Assembly (NCBI GenBank): GCA_044222065.1
Contig: JBGAOA010000013.1
Location: 1-56,515, forward strand
Reading direction: 5' to 3'
From: Candidatus Eiseniibacteriota bacterium
GTDB taxonomy: Bacteria > Eisenbacteria > RBG-16-71-46
Length of the DNA stretch: 56,515 nt
Made by a program: the position numbers and the translations under genes. How positions within the stretch are numbered: the first letter of the stretch is position 1; each line of letters opens with the position of its first letter. The notes beneath the pieces were generated by a model. It saw only the letters and a program-made list of their open reading frames with translations, ran no database searches and was not told where the DNA came from. This document shows, one piece after another, positions 1-11,496 of this stretch.

Positions 1-1
1 G

Positions 2-49
2 GGCGTCACGCTCCACGAGCTGACGCTCGACGAATCGAACGACGACTGA
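2..49 (+). CDS. 3' end of a CDS truncated by the window edge (...GVTLHELTLDESNDD*)
   Basis: Open frame with GC-rich third positions ending in TGA at 47-49, just before the RBS of the next gene. Confidence 0.4.
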   Translation, partial: GVTLHELTLDESNDD

Positions 50-76
50 CGCGCCGAACGCGCGATGGAGTGACCG

Positions 77-274
77 ATGCCGCTCTGCGTCTACCTGTGC
101 TACACGCCCGGCTGCCAGACGAAGATGGACCGCTGGATGCCGACGGCCGAAGAGGGCGCGAACGCGAAGTTCGAATGCCCGCGCTGCGGAGTCGTGATGC
201 AGGTCGCGTGGACCGGCACGCAGGTCGCGACGCCGAACCTGAAGGACGCCTCGAGTCTTCCGCCGCGCAAGTGA
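77..274 (+). CDS. Small Cys-rich zinc-ribbon-like protein (65 aa)
   Basis: CxxxxC (CYTPGC) and CPRCG motifs; GGAG RBS upstream of the ATG. Confidence 0.7.
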   Translation: MPLCVYLCYTPGCQTKMDRWMPTAEEGANAKFECPRCGVVMQVAWTGTQVATPNLKDASSLPPRK

Positions 275-310
275 CTTCGTAGCGCCCCCGGATTCGCCCC
301 GCGCCGCGGC

Positions 311-1490
311 TCACGTCGCGGCGCTCGTGTTTGCGGCGGGCCGCGGTTGCGCAGGCGCGAGCGAACTCAGCGCGCGCTTCAGGCGCGCCTTGACCGACTC
401 GCCTTCGAGCGCGTCGCACGTTCGCGCCAGTGCCCGCGCCCTCTCGAGCGAGCAGCCGAGATGCCGGAGCCACGGGACGACGCTGCGATCGGGGTCGTTC
501 TCGATCGCGTCGCGCTCCTGCTTCGCTTCGACCGCGCGTTCGCGCCTCGTCTTCATGAAGCGCTCGCCGGGCACGTTCGGCCTCGTACTGATTGTGCGCG
601 CGACGCGCAGTCTGGGGTGCCGACGGTCGAGCGCCGCCTTTCGCGTCCGGTAGCGTGATCCGAGTTCGAGGCGCGTGCAGGTTACCGGCGCTTCTGCCGT
701 TCGTGCCGACGAACGTGGCTGGGTCAAATCGCATCTGGCGCGCTCGCTGGCCGGCATGTCGCGACTTGCCGTCGCTCGTGCGGCGGCCAGGCGCTCCGTC
801 GCGGCGGCGCACTTCTCGGCCTGCGCGATCAGCGCGTCGAGCGCGATCGAGCACCTGCGCGACGTTCTTGTCGGGGATCGCGTGGCTCAGGGTTCCGCGC
901 GCGTTCGGTTGCGCCGCGTGTCGCGGATCGGTGACTTGAAGCGCGAAGCGCTCAGGGCGAGGGCGTCGTGCGGGACGGCGCAGCGCAGTCGGCAGGGCCA
1001 GGAGCTCGAACGCGATTCGAGGAACATCAGCAGTTTCGGAACCAGTTCGTTGCCGCTTTGCGTCGCGCCGAGCGGCTTCACGAACGCCGGCGGGACGGAA
1101 GCGCCGCGCGAGCAGCGTCGCGATCCTCTTTGGTGCGGCCCATCGCCGCCTGCGGGAGTTCGTCGGCGTTGGCAGGCGTGGTCGGCTGTTCTTCAGCGCG
1201 GCCGTGCAGCTGAGCCGCGCCGTTCGCCAGCATTTCCATCAGCCCGAACTCACGCCCCGCTCGCGCGACCTGGATGCGTTTGCGCTTCATCCTCCGAAAC
1301 CCGGCTCGCGCACGCCCGGCAGGCGTGCATCAAGCTTTACCGCGAGCAGCACGGAAAGAACTTCCGCTCGTCACTTCAGGGCGAGGTGCGCGAGCAGCTC
1401 GGCCGTCGTCGTGCGCTCGCAGGTGACGAGCGTGCGCAGCGGTCAGGAGACGAATCGTCGGCAGATGGAGTTGGCAGAGTAGCGAATCAC
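311..1490 (-). pseudogene. Heavily frameshifted HNH endonuclease-family gene (N-terminal DUF222-like region)
   Basis: Fragments in different minus frames: LRTLVTCERTTTAELLAHLA, DERKFF, KRIQVARAGREF, TPANADEL, TFVGTNGR, AHNQYEAER, FMKTRRERA; no continuous ORF; boundaries approximate. Confidence 0.65.
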
Positions 1491-1776
1491 GACGCAACTC
1501 CGCCGGGGGCGGAATCACGCAGGGGGCTGCGCGCATTTCATAGCACGCGCGTTTTCGAGCGCCACGCATTACATCGTCAGCGCGGTCATCACGCGCCGAG
1601 AGATCGCGCGAGCGCTCGGCAGCACAACTGGTACGCTCGTCACGCGCAGCGTCGCGTGACGCCACGCTGCGTCCGGCGAGCTTCGCGGTGCGCGCTCGAA
1701 TATCGCGTCAAGCGATTTCGCGCGCATCGCTCGTTGCGGCGAGGCGCGTCATCCGACGGCCGCCGCGCGAGCGCGC

Positions 1777-2615
1777 CTAGTTCATCTCGGCGACGCGTTC
1801 CTTGAGCCGCGGCCACATGCCCCTCGATGCGATCGAGGTCGGCGGCGTCGGGCGTGGCGCGCAGGTAGCCCGTGAGCCGTTCGAGAGCGGCCCCGTAGCG
1901 GTGCAGCCGGAACAACAGCAGGCCCTCATCGCGCGCCTCGAACGCGTCTTCGGGCCGCAGCATGCGCAGCCGTTCCACCGCGGCGAGCGCGCCGGCGTCG
2001 TCGTTCGCGCGCAGGTACGAGACCTTGAGGATTGTTCAGGAGTCTCCGGATCATCTCGCGCTTACCGACCGACGCGATGAGGGAGCGGTCGTAGTCGAGC
2101 TTGCCGTCGGAGATTTCGATCAGCATGCGGCGGCAGTCCTCCTCGTGGACCGAACGGCCTTCCGAGAACGGGTCGAGCAGCAGGTCGCGTTCTTCGCCCG
2201 TGAGCCGCACGAGGAAGTGTCCGGGGAAGCCGACGCCTTCGAGCGGCATGCCGGCGCGCCAGCCGATCTCGAGGAACAGGATCGAGAGCGTGAGCGGCAC
2301 GCCCTCGCGGCGGCGGATCACTTCGTGAAGGAGCGAATTGCTGGGGCTGTAGTAGTCTCGCCCGTCGCCGCGGAATCCGAGTTCGTCGAACAGGTACGAG
2401 CGCAGGCGGGCGAGCTTCTGCAGGTTGTTCCACTCGGGCGCCACGCGCGAGCGGAACTCCTCGGCCCAGCCGTTGAGCCGGCGCCACTCGGCCTCGACAT
2501 CGAGCGAGGGATCGCCTTCGGCGGCGACCAGGAACGCCGTGAGCGCGAGGTCGAACGTTTCCTCGGGTCTCCGGATCATCGCTTCGAAACTGGCTCGCGC
2601 CGATTCGGGATACAC
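1777..2615 (-). pseudogene. SirB1-like transglutaminase-core/TPR protein with two apparent +1 frameshifts
   Basis: LGFRG..DYYSPSNSLLHEVI.RR.G.P and GVGFPGHFL motifs; removing one C near 2030 restores LNNLKVSY and one G near 1808 restores ...LKERVAEMN*; GAGGAG RBS before GTG 2615. Confidence 0.8.
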
Positions 2616-2689
2616 GCTTGAACGCTCCTCCGCGCCGACTTCGCGCTCGCTCGTCCGCACCGCTGCCGCGTCTCGACGCCGGCCGGGCA

Positions 2690-3747
2690 GCGCATCGCCG
2701 CCTGCTCGCCTGGTTCCGCGCGAACGCGCGCGCGATGCCGTGGCGCGAATCCCGGGCGATCCGGCCATGATCCTGGGTGTCGAAGCGATGCTCCAGCAGA
2801 CCTTCAGGGTCAAGACGGCCATCATTACACGCGATTCCTCGAACGCTTCCCGACCGTCGCCGACCTCGCCTCGGCCGACGCCGACGACGTGCTCGAACGG
2901 TGGTCAGGACTCGGGTACTACCGCCGCGCCCGTCACCTGCACGAGGCCGCGCGCGTCGTCGTGCGCGACCACGGCGGGCGCGTGCCCGACGATCCCGAGC
3001 GCTTCGGACGCCTGCCCGGCGTCGGCCGCTGCACGACCGGCGCCGTGCTCTCCATCGGTTTCGGCCGGCCGCTGCCGGTGCTGGATGGAAACGTGGGGCG
3101 GGTGTTCTCGCGCTGGTTCGCGCTCACCGCGAGCCCGCGGGAGCCCGCCGCGGCGAAGCGCCTGTGGGATCTCGCCGCGGCGCACGTTCCGATGCGCGAC
3201 CCCGGCGACTGGAATCAGGCCTTGATGGAGCTCGGCGCCGTCGTCTGCCTGCCGCGCGCGCCGCGCTGCGCGGCCTGCCCGGTGGCGTCCGGCTGCCGTG
3301 CGTTCGCGCTCGGCCGGCCCGAGGACTTCCCGGCGCCGGCGAAACGCGCGCCGACGCGCGCGCGTGCGGCGCGCGATCGCGTGGCTCGAGCGCGGCGGCC
3401 GCGTGCTCGTCGTGCGCCGAACGGGAACGCTGCTCGAAGGGCTGTGGGAGCCGCCGGGCGTCGAGCTCGAGCCGCGCGAGGACGCGAGGACCGCGCTCGT
3501 GCGCGTGCTGCGCGACGCGGGCGCCGGCGCCCTGCGCCTCGAAGACAGCGGCGCGCGCGTGAAGCACGCGATCACGCATCGCGCGATCGAGGTCGAGGTG
3601 TGGCGAGGGCGGCTCGCGCGCCCGTCGCGCCGTTCCGTGGCCGCACGCTGGGTGTCGCTCGAGGCGCCCGAGGTCGGCCTCACGGCGCTCACGCGCAAGG
3701 CGGCGCGCGCGCTCGTGGCGCACGCTTCGCGCTCGCGCCGCGGCTGA
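2690..3747 (+). pseudogene. mutY: A/G-specific adenine glycosylase MutY, frameshifted in this assembly
   Basis: EAMLQQT, WSGLGYYRRAR, HhH LPGVG, DGNVGRV, NQALMELGAVVCxPRxPxCxxCPVxxxC Fe-S motif, C-terminal NUDIX-like GLWEPP and HAITH, spread over three frames; start approximate. Confidence 0.85.
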
Positions 3748-3907
3748 GGCCGGCGCTTCGTCCGGCGTCGCGGCGCGGACGAAGCGCTCGCGCCGTCGGG
3801 CGCGGTCCGGCCCCGTGCGTGCGCTCGCGTTCGGCATTCAGGCGACGCCGCCTGCCGCCGATAACGCCCGGTGTGTTTCCGGCGTTCTCTCGGCCACGGA
3901 GGTCGTC

Positions 3908-4663
3908 ATGCAGCCGCCTCGAGATCTGAATTCGTTCCAGCGCACGGCCGACTTCTCGGTCGTCGCGAAGGGCGTGAAGTCGTCCGGCATCGCCGCGACG
4001 CTGTTCGGCGTGATCGCCCTGTTCCTCGCGCTCCTGCCGCCCATGTCGATCGCGCTTCTCGTCCTCGGCGTCGTGCTCTCGTTCGCGGGCATCTGGAACC
4101 TCACGAAGCCGAACCCGATCGGCATCGTGCTCACCGGCGTGTGCCTCGTGCTCGTCGGCGGCTACAACATCGTCTCGAGCATCCTCGCCGCGGGCTCCGG
4201 CTCGTCCGGCTTCGTCGGCTGGCCCGTGCTCGGCGTGTGGCAGATGGTGTGGGGCTTCCAGTCGTTCGCGCGCTACCGCCGCTTCGCGAATGCGTTCGCG
4301 AACCCGCCGGCGGACCCGGCACGGCGCCAGATGGACCAGATGCTCGACGAACTGCGCAAGGCGAATCCGAAGCAGCACCGCGACGTCGTCGAGTTCACCG
4401 CGAAGGCGTTCACGCCGCAGCACGTGAAGGTGCGCCTCATGGCCGAGGGCGCGCTGTGCCTCGTGAACGCGGGCGACGACGTGCACGTGCTGCCGCGCGA
4501 GCGCTTCGACCTGCAGCTGCTGAAGGACGCGCCGTTCGGAAACGTGAAGGCGCGCGCGAACCTCGGCGGCAACGTGTACGAGGCGACGATGAAGCGCGAG
4601 CACTTCGACCGCTTCTCGGAGTGGAAGAGCGGAGCGGTTTCGCCGCTGCGCCGAGCGGCCTGA
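3908..4663 (+). CDS. Hypothetical membrane protein (about 4 TM helices plus a soluble C-terminal domain)
   Basis: GGAGG RBS before ATG 3908; hydrophobic segments; followed by a terminator hairpin. Confidence 0.7.
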   Translation: MQPPRDLNSFQRTADFSVVAKGVKSSGIAATLFGVIALFLALLPPMSIALLVLGVVLSFAGIWNLTKPNPIGIVLTGVCLVLVGGYNIVSSILAAGSGSSGFVGWPVLGVWQMVWGFQSFARYRRFANAFANPPADPARRQMDQMLDELRKANPKQHRDVVEFTAKAFTPQHVKVRLMAEGALCLVNAGDDVHVLPRERFDLQLLKDAPFGNVKARANLGGNVYEATMKREHFDRFSEWKSGAVSPLRRAA

Positions 4664-4684
4664 CGCCGCCGGGGCCGGAACGAA

Positions 4685-4714
4685 ACGGGGCGCCCCGAAC
4701 GCGGGGCGCCCCGT
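4685..4714. terminator. Hairpin between convergent genes (probable bidirectional terminator)
   Basis: acggggcgccccg-aacg-cggggcgccccgt, perfect 13-bp stem. Confidence 0.7.
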
Positions 4715-4727
4715 CGTCTTTCGGACG

Positions 4728-7700
4728 CTAGGCCTCGACGCCGCCCGCGGGCGCGCCGCCCGGCAGCGCGCCGGGTTCGAACGAGGGCGCGCGGTCGGGG
4801 CGCGGCTCCGACACGCGATGCGGTTCGACCGATTCCTGCGCCGCGTCCGCCGGCTCGCTCGTCCAGCGCTTCACGTACGCGCCGGCCCACGCGCCGAAGT
4901 CGTCGAGGTACGTGTACACGACCGGCACGACGATGAGCGTGAGCAGCGTCGACGTGATGAGACCGCCGATCACCGCGTGCGCCATCGGCGCGCGGAACTC
5001 GGCGCCGGCGCCGAGTGCGAGCGCCGTCGGCAGCATGCCGAAGATCATCGCGAGCGTCGTCATGACGATCGGGCGCAGCCGCAGCTCGCCCGCGTCCACG
5101 AGCGCCGCCTCGCGCGGCTGCCCGCGCTCGCGCGCCTGGTTCGTGAAGTCCACGAGCAGGATCGCGTTCTTCGTCACGAGCCCCATCAGCATGATGATGC
5201 CGATCATGCTCATGATGTTCAGCGTGCCGCGCGTCATCGCGAGCGCGAGCATGACGCCGATCATCGAGAGCGGCAGCGACAGCATGATGGACAGCGGCTT
5301 CAGGAACGAGCCGAACTGGCTCGCGAGGATGATGTAGAGGAACACCACCGCGAGCGACAGCGACTCGGCCATGTAGCCGACCGTCTCGACGAAGTCCGCC
5401 TGCTCGCCGCCGAACTCGAACGAATAGCCCGGCGGCAGCTTCATCGTCGCGAGGCGCGCCTCGATGTCCTTCGTGACGTCGGTGAGCGGCCGGTCCTGGT
5501 AGTTGCCCTCGATCGTCGCGACGCGCTCGAGCTGGCGGCGGTCGATCTGCGCCGGCGCGCCGCCGCGCCGCAGCGTCGCGACCTGCGACAGCGGCACGAC
5601 CACGGCCTTGCCCGTCCGCGGATCCACGTTCGAGGTCGCGACCGGCACGCGCAGCAGGTCCGCCTGCGACGTGCGGAACTCGGGCGCGAGCCGCACGCGC
5701 ACGTCGTACGACAGGCCCGTCGGATCCTCCCAGTCGCCGGCCTTCTCGCCAGCGAGCACGGGACGCAGCGCGCGCCCGACCTGCCCGACCGAGAGTCCGA
5801 CCTGCGCCGCGAGGTCGCGGTTCACGTCCACGATCCACTCGGGCTTGCGGCCCTCGAGCGACGACCGCAGTTCGACGAGCCCCGGCACGCCGTCGAGCTT
5901 CGCGATCGCCTGGTCCGTGAGCTGCTGCAGCGTCGCGATGTCGGGGCCGTTCAGGTTGATCTGGATCGGCGCCGACGAGCCGCCGACCGTGCCGATCTGC
6001 AGGATGCGCGCCTCGGAGCCGCTGAAGCGCACGAGCGTCTTGCGGATGTCGTTCTCGAACTCCTGCTGCGACAGCTTGCGGCGGTTGCGAGGCACCATCT
6101 TGATGAACACCGAGCCGCGGTTCACTTCGTTGTTCTGCGCCGCGCCGCCGAGGCTCAGGTACGTGTAGTCGACCTCCGGCCGCGCATCGAGCCAGCGCGC
6201 GATGCGCAGTCCCTTCTCCTGCGTGTACTCGAGCGACGAGCCGACCGGAGTCTCGAAGCCGACCATCGTCTGCTCGTCGTCGGACCTCGGCATGAACTGG
6301 CCGCCGACGAGCCCGAGCATCGGCATCGCGAGCGCGATCACGAACGTCGCCGTGGCGATGCCGACCGTGAGGAGCCGGTGGCGCAGCGCCCAGCGGATGA
6401 TGCCGCGATAGCGGTGGCTCAGCCCCTCGAAGGCGGCGTTGAAGCGCGCGAGCAGACGGCCGACGGCGCCCTTCTGCACGTGGCCCTCGGCCTGCGGGTC
6501 GTACCAGCGCGACGACAGCATCGGGTCGAGCGTGAACGACACGAACAGCGACACGAGCACCGCGAACGCGACGACGATGCCGAACTGGTAGAAGAACCGG
6601 CCGACGATGCCGCCCATGAACGCGACCGGCACGAACACCGCGATGATCGAGAGCGAGGTCGCGAGCACCGCGAAGCCGATCTCGGCCGTGCCGTGGCGCG
6701 CCGCCGTGAAGTGGTCCTCGCCGCGCTCGACGTGCCGCACGATGTTCTCGCGCACGACGATCGCGTCGTCGATCAGGATGCCGATCACGAGCGACAGCGC
6801 CATGAGCGTCATCATGTTGAGCGTGAATCCGAACGCGTAGAACACGAGGAACGCCGAGATCACCGACACCGGCAGCGTGAGCCCGGTGATCACGGTCGAA
6901 CGCCACGAGTTCAGGAACACGAACACGATCAGGATCGTCAGGATCGCGCCCTCGACGAGCGTCTTCTGCACGTCCTCGACCGAATGACGGATCCACACCG
7001 AGTTGTCCTGGATCACCGACAGCTTCGCGCCGCGCGGCAGCGTGCGGTTCAGCTCGGCGACCTTGCGGTTCACGTCGTCGGCGACGTCCACCGTGTTCGC
7101 GCCCGAGACCTTGCGGATCTCGACCGCGACCGAGCGCTCGCCGTCCACGAACGCGGCGTCGCGCGCTTCCTCCTCGGCGTCCTCGACGCGCGCGACCTGC
7201 CCGAGCCGGATGGACTGGCCGTCGCGCACCGCGACGACGACGTTCGCGAACTGCTTCGGCTCGACGATACGGCCCTTGATGCGCACGAGGTCTTCGGTCG
7301 CACCGCGCTGAATGCGGCCGGCCGGCAAGTCGGAGTTCTCGCGCTCGAGCGCCGCGACGATCTGGTCGGGCGACACGCCGAGCGCCTCCATGCGGTCGGG
7401 CAGCAGGAGCGCCTGGATCTCGCGGCGCAGGCCGCCGACGACGGTGACGCTGCCGACGCCGGACGTGTTCTCGAGCCGGCGGCTGATGTCCTCCTCGGCG
7501 AGCCGCGTGAGATCGCGCAGCGACCAGCCCGGGCCGCGCACCGAGAAGCTCATGATCGGCTCCGACTGCGGATCGAAGCGCGCGATCACGGGCGGGTCGA
7601 TGTCCTTCGGCAGGTCCTGGCGGATGCCGTCCATCTTGGAGCGCACGTCGGCGACGGCGTCCATGATCTTGGTCTTGAGCTGGAACTCGATGAAGACCTG

Positions 7701-7967
7701 CGAGTAGCCCTCGTTCGAGTACGAGAACACGCGCTTCACGCCTTCGACCGAGTTCACCGACTCTTCGACCTTCTTCGTGACTTCGCGCTCGACCGCTTCG
7801 GGCGAAGCGCCGGGGTAGGTCGTCGTGATGCTGACGAACGGCAGGTCCACCTTCGGCCACAGGTCCACCGCGAGCCGCCGGTACGAGAAGATGCCGAGCG
7901 TCACGAGCGCGACGATCATCATCGTCGCGAGCACCGGGCGCCGGATCGAGAGATCGCTCAGGAACAT
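4728..7967 (-). CDS. RND efflux permease (AcrB/AcrD/AcrF family)
   Basis: [47 protein letters not shown] motifs; 1079 aa. Confidence 0.95.
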   Translation of the reverse strand: MFLSDLSIRRPVLATMMIVALVTLGIFSYRRLAVDLWPKVDLPFVSITTTYPGASPEAVEREVTKKVEESVNSVEGVKRVFSYSNEGYSQVFIEFQLKTKIMDAVADVRSKMDGIRQDLPKDIDPPVIARFDPQSEPIMSFSVRGPGWSLRDLTRLAEEDISRRLENTSGVGSVTVVGGLRREIQALLLPDRMEALGVSPDQIVAALERENSDLPAGRIQRGATEDLVRIKGRIVEPKQFANVVVAVRDGQSIRLGQVARVEDAEEEARDAAFVDGERSVAVEIRKVSGANTVDVADDVNRKVAELNRTLPRGAKLSVIQDNSVWIRHSVEDVQKTLVEGAILTILIVFVFLNSWRSTVITGLTLPVSVISAFLVFYAFGFTLNMMTLMALSLVIGILIDDAIVVRENIVRHVERGEDHFTAARHGTAEIGFAVLATSLSIIAVFVPVAFMGGIVGRFFYQFGIVVAFAVLVSLFVSFTLDPMLSSRWYDPQAEGHVQKGAVGRLLARFNAAFEGLSHRYRGIIRWALRHRLLTVGIATATFVIALAMPMLGLVGGQFMPRSDDEQTMVGFETPVGSSLEYTQEKGLRIARWLDARPEVDYTYLSLGGAAQNNEVNRGSVFIKMVPRNRRKLSQQEFENDIRKTLVRFSGSEARILQIGTVGGSSAPIQINLNGPDIATLQQLTDQAIAKLDGVPGLVELRSSLEGRKPEWIVDVNRDLAAQVGLSVGQVGRALRPVLAGEKAGDWEDPTGLSYDVRVRLAPEFRTSQADLLRVPVATSNVDPRTGKAVVVPLSQVATLRRGGAPAQIDRRQLERVATIEGNYQDRPLTDVTKDIEARLATMKLPPGYSFEFGGEQADFVETVGYMAESLSLAVVFLYIILASQFGSFLKPLSIMLSLPLSMIGVMLALAMTRGTLNIMSMIGIIMLMGLVTKNAILLVDFTNQARERGQPREAALVDAGELRLRPIVMTTLAMIFGMLPTALALGAGAEFRAPMAHAVIGGLITSTLLTLIVVPVVYTYLDDFGAWAGAYVKRWTSEPADAAQESVEPHRVSEPRPDRAPSFEPGALPGGAPAGGVEA

Positions 7968-7970
7968 CGT

Positions 7971-9053
7971 TCAGCGCTCCTTCCCGCCGCCGACTTCGAC
8001 GCGCTGGCCTTCGGCGAGCCCTTCGACGGGGCCCGCGACGATCGTGTCGCCCTCGCCGAGGCCGGAACGCACCCCGACGAGGCCGCGCGCTTCGTCGCGC
8101 AGTCCGGCGACGACCGCGCGCTTCACGAGCCGCCCGCCCGCGATCGCCATCGCCCAGGTGGAGGCGCCCTCGCCGTGCAGCGCCGCGATCGGCACGGCGA
8201 GCGAAGCCTGCGCTTCGTTCGTCACGACGTCGCCGTTCGCGAACAGCCCCGAGACGAGCCGGCCGCCGCGGTTCGGGACGCGCACGTACACCTTGACCTG
8301 CCGCGTCGCCGGGTCGGCGGCGGCGTTCACGCGCGCGACCACGCCGTCCACGTCGCCCGGAACGCCCGTGATCGAGAGCCGAACGCCGGCTCCCGGCTTC
8401 ACGGAGGCGAGGTACTCGCTCGGCACCGACGCCTCGAATTCGAGCAGCGAGGTGTTCACGATCGTGAACAGCGGATCGCCGGTGCCCACGCGGTCGCCCG
8501 CCTGGACGCGCCGCGTCGCGACCGCGCCCGCGAACGGCGCGCGCACGGTGGCGTCCGCGAGCAGCCTCGCGGCCGACGCGTTCGCGGCGTCGGCCGCGCG
8601 GTAAGCGGCCTCGGCCGCGTCCACGTCGCGCTGCGACACCGCGCCCTCGGCGAACAGGTTGCGCATGCGGTCGCGGTCCGCCGCCGCGACCTTGAGCTGC
8701 GCCGCGGCGCTCGCGGCCGCGGGCGTCACGCTCGTGAGCCGGAAGCGCGCGAGCGCCTGGCCCTCCGCCACGCGCTGGCCTTCGCGCACGAACACCTCTT
8801 CGACGACGTCGTCGAGCGGCGACGTGAGATTCGCTTCGCGGTCGGCCTCGAGCGTTCCCGACACGGGCACGCCCGCGTGCAGGTCGGCCTTCACGACGGC
8901 CGCGACGTCGCTCGCCGCGAGCAGCATCGGCGCGGCGTTCGTGTCGGGCGTCGCGGCGGACGCGGTCTCGGGCTCGGCGCCGTCGTGCTTCGAGCATCCG
9001 GAGAGCACGAGCACGGCGGCGAGCGCGACGGGTACGGTGATGCGGGCGGTCAT
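7971..9053 (-). CDS. RND efflux periplasmic adaptor (membrane fusion lipoprotein)
   Basis: Lipobox LSGC; VREGQRV, VRAPFAG, GLGEGD motifs; ATG at 9053 overlaps the TolC stop. Confidence 0.9.
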   Translation of the reverse strand: MTARITVPVALAAVLVLSGCSKHDGAEPETASAATPDTNAAPMLLAASDVAAVVKADLHAGVPVSGTLEADREANLTSPLDDVVEEVFVREGQRVAEGQALARFRLTSVTPAAASAAAQLKVAAADRDRMRNLFAEGAVSQRDVDAAEAAYRAADAANASAARLLADATVRAPFAGAVATRRVQAGDRVGTGDPLFTIVNTSLLEFEASVPSEYLASVKPGAGVRLSITGVPGDVDGVVARVNAAADPATRQVKVYVRVPNRGGRLVSGLFANGDVVTNEAQASLAVPIAALHGEGASTWAMAIAGGRLVKRAVVAGLRDEARGLVGVRSGLGEGDTIVAGPVEGLAEGQRVEVGGGKER

Positions 9054-10525
9054 CGGGAAGCCTCCTCGGCGGGAATCGCGGCGGACAGTTGATCGATCGG
9101 GACGGCGCGGGTGACGGGCGTCACGCCGGTCGCGCGCGCGAGTTCCGCCAGCGCGAGCCGGTAGTCCTTCACGGCGCCGATTTCGTTGACCTGGGCGTTC
9201 TGGAGCTGCAGACGGGCGTCGGTGACCTCGAGTTGCGTGGCGAGGCCGTTCGAGAACCGCACGGTCGCGAGGTGGTACGCGCGGGCCGCCCAGCCGGCGG
9301 TGCCGCGGCGCGCGACGAGCGTCGCGAGCGTGCGCCGCACCTCGTCGCGGGCGCGCGCGATCTCGACCTCGACGCCGTCCTGCGTCTGCTCGCGTCCGAT
9401 CTCGGCCTGACGCAGTTCGGCGGTCGCGCGCTGCACGGCGCCGAACGTCCGCGTGCCCTGGAAGATCGGCCACTCGAGCTTCACCGACGCGCTCGCGTCG
9501 CGGCGGAACTCGTCGAGCTCGGGCCGCTCGGTGGCGGGGAAGGCCTGGTGCGAGACCGTGCCCGACAGCGAGATCTGCGGCCAGCGCGCCGCGCGCTCGA
9601 TGCGCAGCAGCTGCTTGTAGCCTTCGACCTGCGCGTCGGCGCGCGCGAGCGAGGCGCGGTGCGCGGCGCCGGTGCTCGCGTCGTCCACGACGGGCACGAG
9701 GCTGTCGGCGAACGCGAGCGGCGAGCGCAGCGCGACCGGACGCTCGAGCGGCACGAGCAGCTGGCGCTTGAGCTCGAGCATCGCGAGGTCGCGCGCGTTG
9801 CGGGCGGCCACGACCGGCGGTTCCTGGTTCGCCGCGTCCACCTGCGCGCGCAGCAGGTCGTACTCGGACCGCGAGCCTTCGCGCTGGTAGAGCTGCACCT
9901 GCTTCAGCTGCGCGCGCGCCTGCGCGAGGCTCGCCTCGGCGATCGCGAGCACGTCGCGCGTGTAGAGCGCTTCGAGGTAGGCGCGCTCGGTCTCGAGCCG
10001 CACACGCGCGCGCGCCTCCTCGAGGTCGGCGTTCGCCGACTTCCGGTACGCCTTCGCCGCCGACAGCGCGGCGCCGACGCGGCCGCCGCTCCACAGCAGC
10101 TGCGACGCCGTCAGCTCCGCAGTCCACGAGTGCACGGCCGCGAACGACGTGTTCTTGAACAGCGACGCGATCTCGCCGGCGACGCCCGTGTCGGGCGTGA
10201 CGCCCTGGAAGATCGAGTCGAACTTGCGGCTGTAGACGAGATTCGCGTTGACCTGCGGCATCGCCGCGGCCATCGCCTCGCGCACGCGGCCGTTCGCGGC
10301 GCGGATCGCCTCGCCGGCGATGCGCGCGTCGGGCCCGTGTTCGAGCGCCCAGCGCACGGCTTCGTCGAGCGTGAGAGGCAGCGTGTCCGCCGGGGAGGCA
10401 GCCGCCGCCGGCTTCGTGGCCGCGCCCGCGATCGGTACGAACCACGAACCGAGCGCGCAGAGGGCGGCGAACAGGAGCGAGGTCGCGAGCAGGAACGTCG
10501 CGATCGGGCGCACGCGGGCGCTCAT
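9050..10525 (-). CDS. TolC-family outer membrane efflux protein
   Basis: Signal peptide; LTLDEAV, PQ repeats, WPIFQG, RFSNGLATQLEV; start at MSARVRP. Confidence 0.9.
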   Translation of the reverse strand: MSARVRPIATFLLATSLLFAALCALGSWFVPIAGAATKPAAAASPADTLPLTLDEAVRWALEHGPDARIAGEAIRAANGRVREAMAAAMPQVNANLVYSRKFDSIFQGVTPDTGVAGEIASLFKNTSFAAVHSWTAELTASQLLWSGGRVGAALSAAKAYRKSANADLEEARARVRLETERAYLEALYTRDVLAIAEASLAQARAQLKQVQLYQREGSRSEYDLLRAQVDAANQEPPVVAARNARDLAMLELKRQLLVPLERPVALRSPLAFADSLVPVVDDASTGAAHRASLARADAQVEGYKQLLRIERAARWPQISLSGTVSHQAFPATERPELDEFRRDASASVKLEWPIFQGTRTFGAVQRATAELRQAEIGREQTQDGVEVEIARARDEVRRTLATLVARRGTAGWAARAYHLATVRFSNGLATQLEVTDARLQLQNAQVNEIGAVKDYRLALAELARATGVTPVTRAVPIDQLSAAIPAEEASR

Positions 10526-11148
10526 CGCGAACCTCCGCGCGGCACGGCGAGTCCGTCGAGGACGAGCGTCAGCCGCTCGCGCAGCTCGTGTTCGAGCGGA
10601 ACCTGCGTCTCTTCGCAGTTCGCCCACAGGTAGAGCAGGCCGTAGTAGACGCTCGTCATCAGCTCGATCGCGCGCGCACGGTCCACGTCGCGGCGCAGCT
10701 CGCCCGACTGCTGTCCCTGCTCGAAGATGCGGTCGAGGATCGCGTCCCAGCGGCGCCCGGTTTCCTGCGCGGGCCCGAACTGCTGGTGCAGCAGTTCGCC
10801 GAGCACGAAGCGCGTGAGCTCGCGGTCGGACTCGTACGCCGACGCGGCGTGCGCGTACAGCGCGAGCAGTTTCTCGCGCGCCGGCTGGGGATCGGCGAAC
10901 AGCGCATCGCCGCGCGCCTCGATGTCCTCGAGGCGCTGCTCGCTCAGATACGAGAGCACCGCCTCCTTGCGTGGGAAATAGTTGAAGAACGTTCCCTTCG
11001 CGACGTCCGCGCGCACGCAGATCTCGTCCACCGTCGCGTTCTCGAAGCCGCGCTCGCGGAACAGCTTGATCGCCGCCTCGAAGATCCTCTGGCGCGTCTC
11101 TTCTTTCTTGCGCTCGCGCCTCGACACCGTGATTTCGGTCATGGCCAT
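10522..11148 (-). CDS. TetR/AcrR family transcriptional regulator
   Basis: RRERKKEETRQRIFEAAIKLFRERGFENATVDEI...KGTFFNYFPRKE HTH; first gene of the efflux operon. Confidence 0.92.
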   Translation of the reverse strand: MAMTEITVSRRERKKEETRQRIFEAAIKLFRERGFENATVDEICVRADVAKGTFFNYFPRKEAVLSYLSEQRLEDIEARGDALFADPQPAREKLLALYAHAASAYESDRELTRFVLGELLHQQFGPAQETGRRWDAILDRIFEQGQQSGELRRDVDRARAIELMTSVYYGLLYLWANCEETQVPLEHELRERLTLVLDGLAVPRGGSR

Positions 11149-11171
11149 CTTCCGTGTACTGGGTTCAAGAG

Positions 11172-11217
11172 TGACTGAGGACATAATTGACTTAGTACAA
11201 AGTTGAACTGGAGTCAA
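11172..11217. promoter_or_regulatory. AT-rich promoter with candidate TetR operator repeats
   Basis: Three related elements tgactgaggaca, tgacttagtaca, tgaactggagtca directly upstream of tetR. Confidence 0.4.
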
Positions 11218-11496
11218 AACGAACGGACCACGGAAAATGTTGCGGCCGAGCCAAGAAAGTCGACTCAGGGTGGCGGCGCTTGTAGCCGAAATGACCGTCA
11301 CACGTCCGGATCCGTTTCAGAAACGGGTGACGGTCGAGGCGCCTCGGCCAGTCGAACGGGGGTCGGGAGAGGCGCGAGCGGCTGGATCCGCTTCGGGGCG
11401 AGAGGGCGCGCCCGTCTGCGAATTAGCGCTCGCTCGCTGCGCTCGCGCGAGGCGGGAGCGCTGCACGCGCGGGAAGGCAACGCGTATTGTGCGGGC

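Noticed and set aside
4273..9092. Very long Arg/Ala-rich ORFs (4273..8997, 4818..9092; similarly 35769..40226 and 26429..29581)
   Set aside because: Alternate-frame or antisense artefacts of high GC content overlapping well-supported genes.
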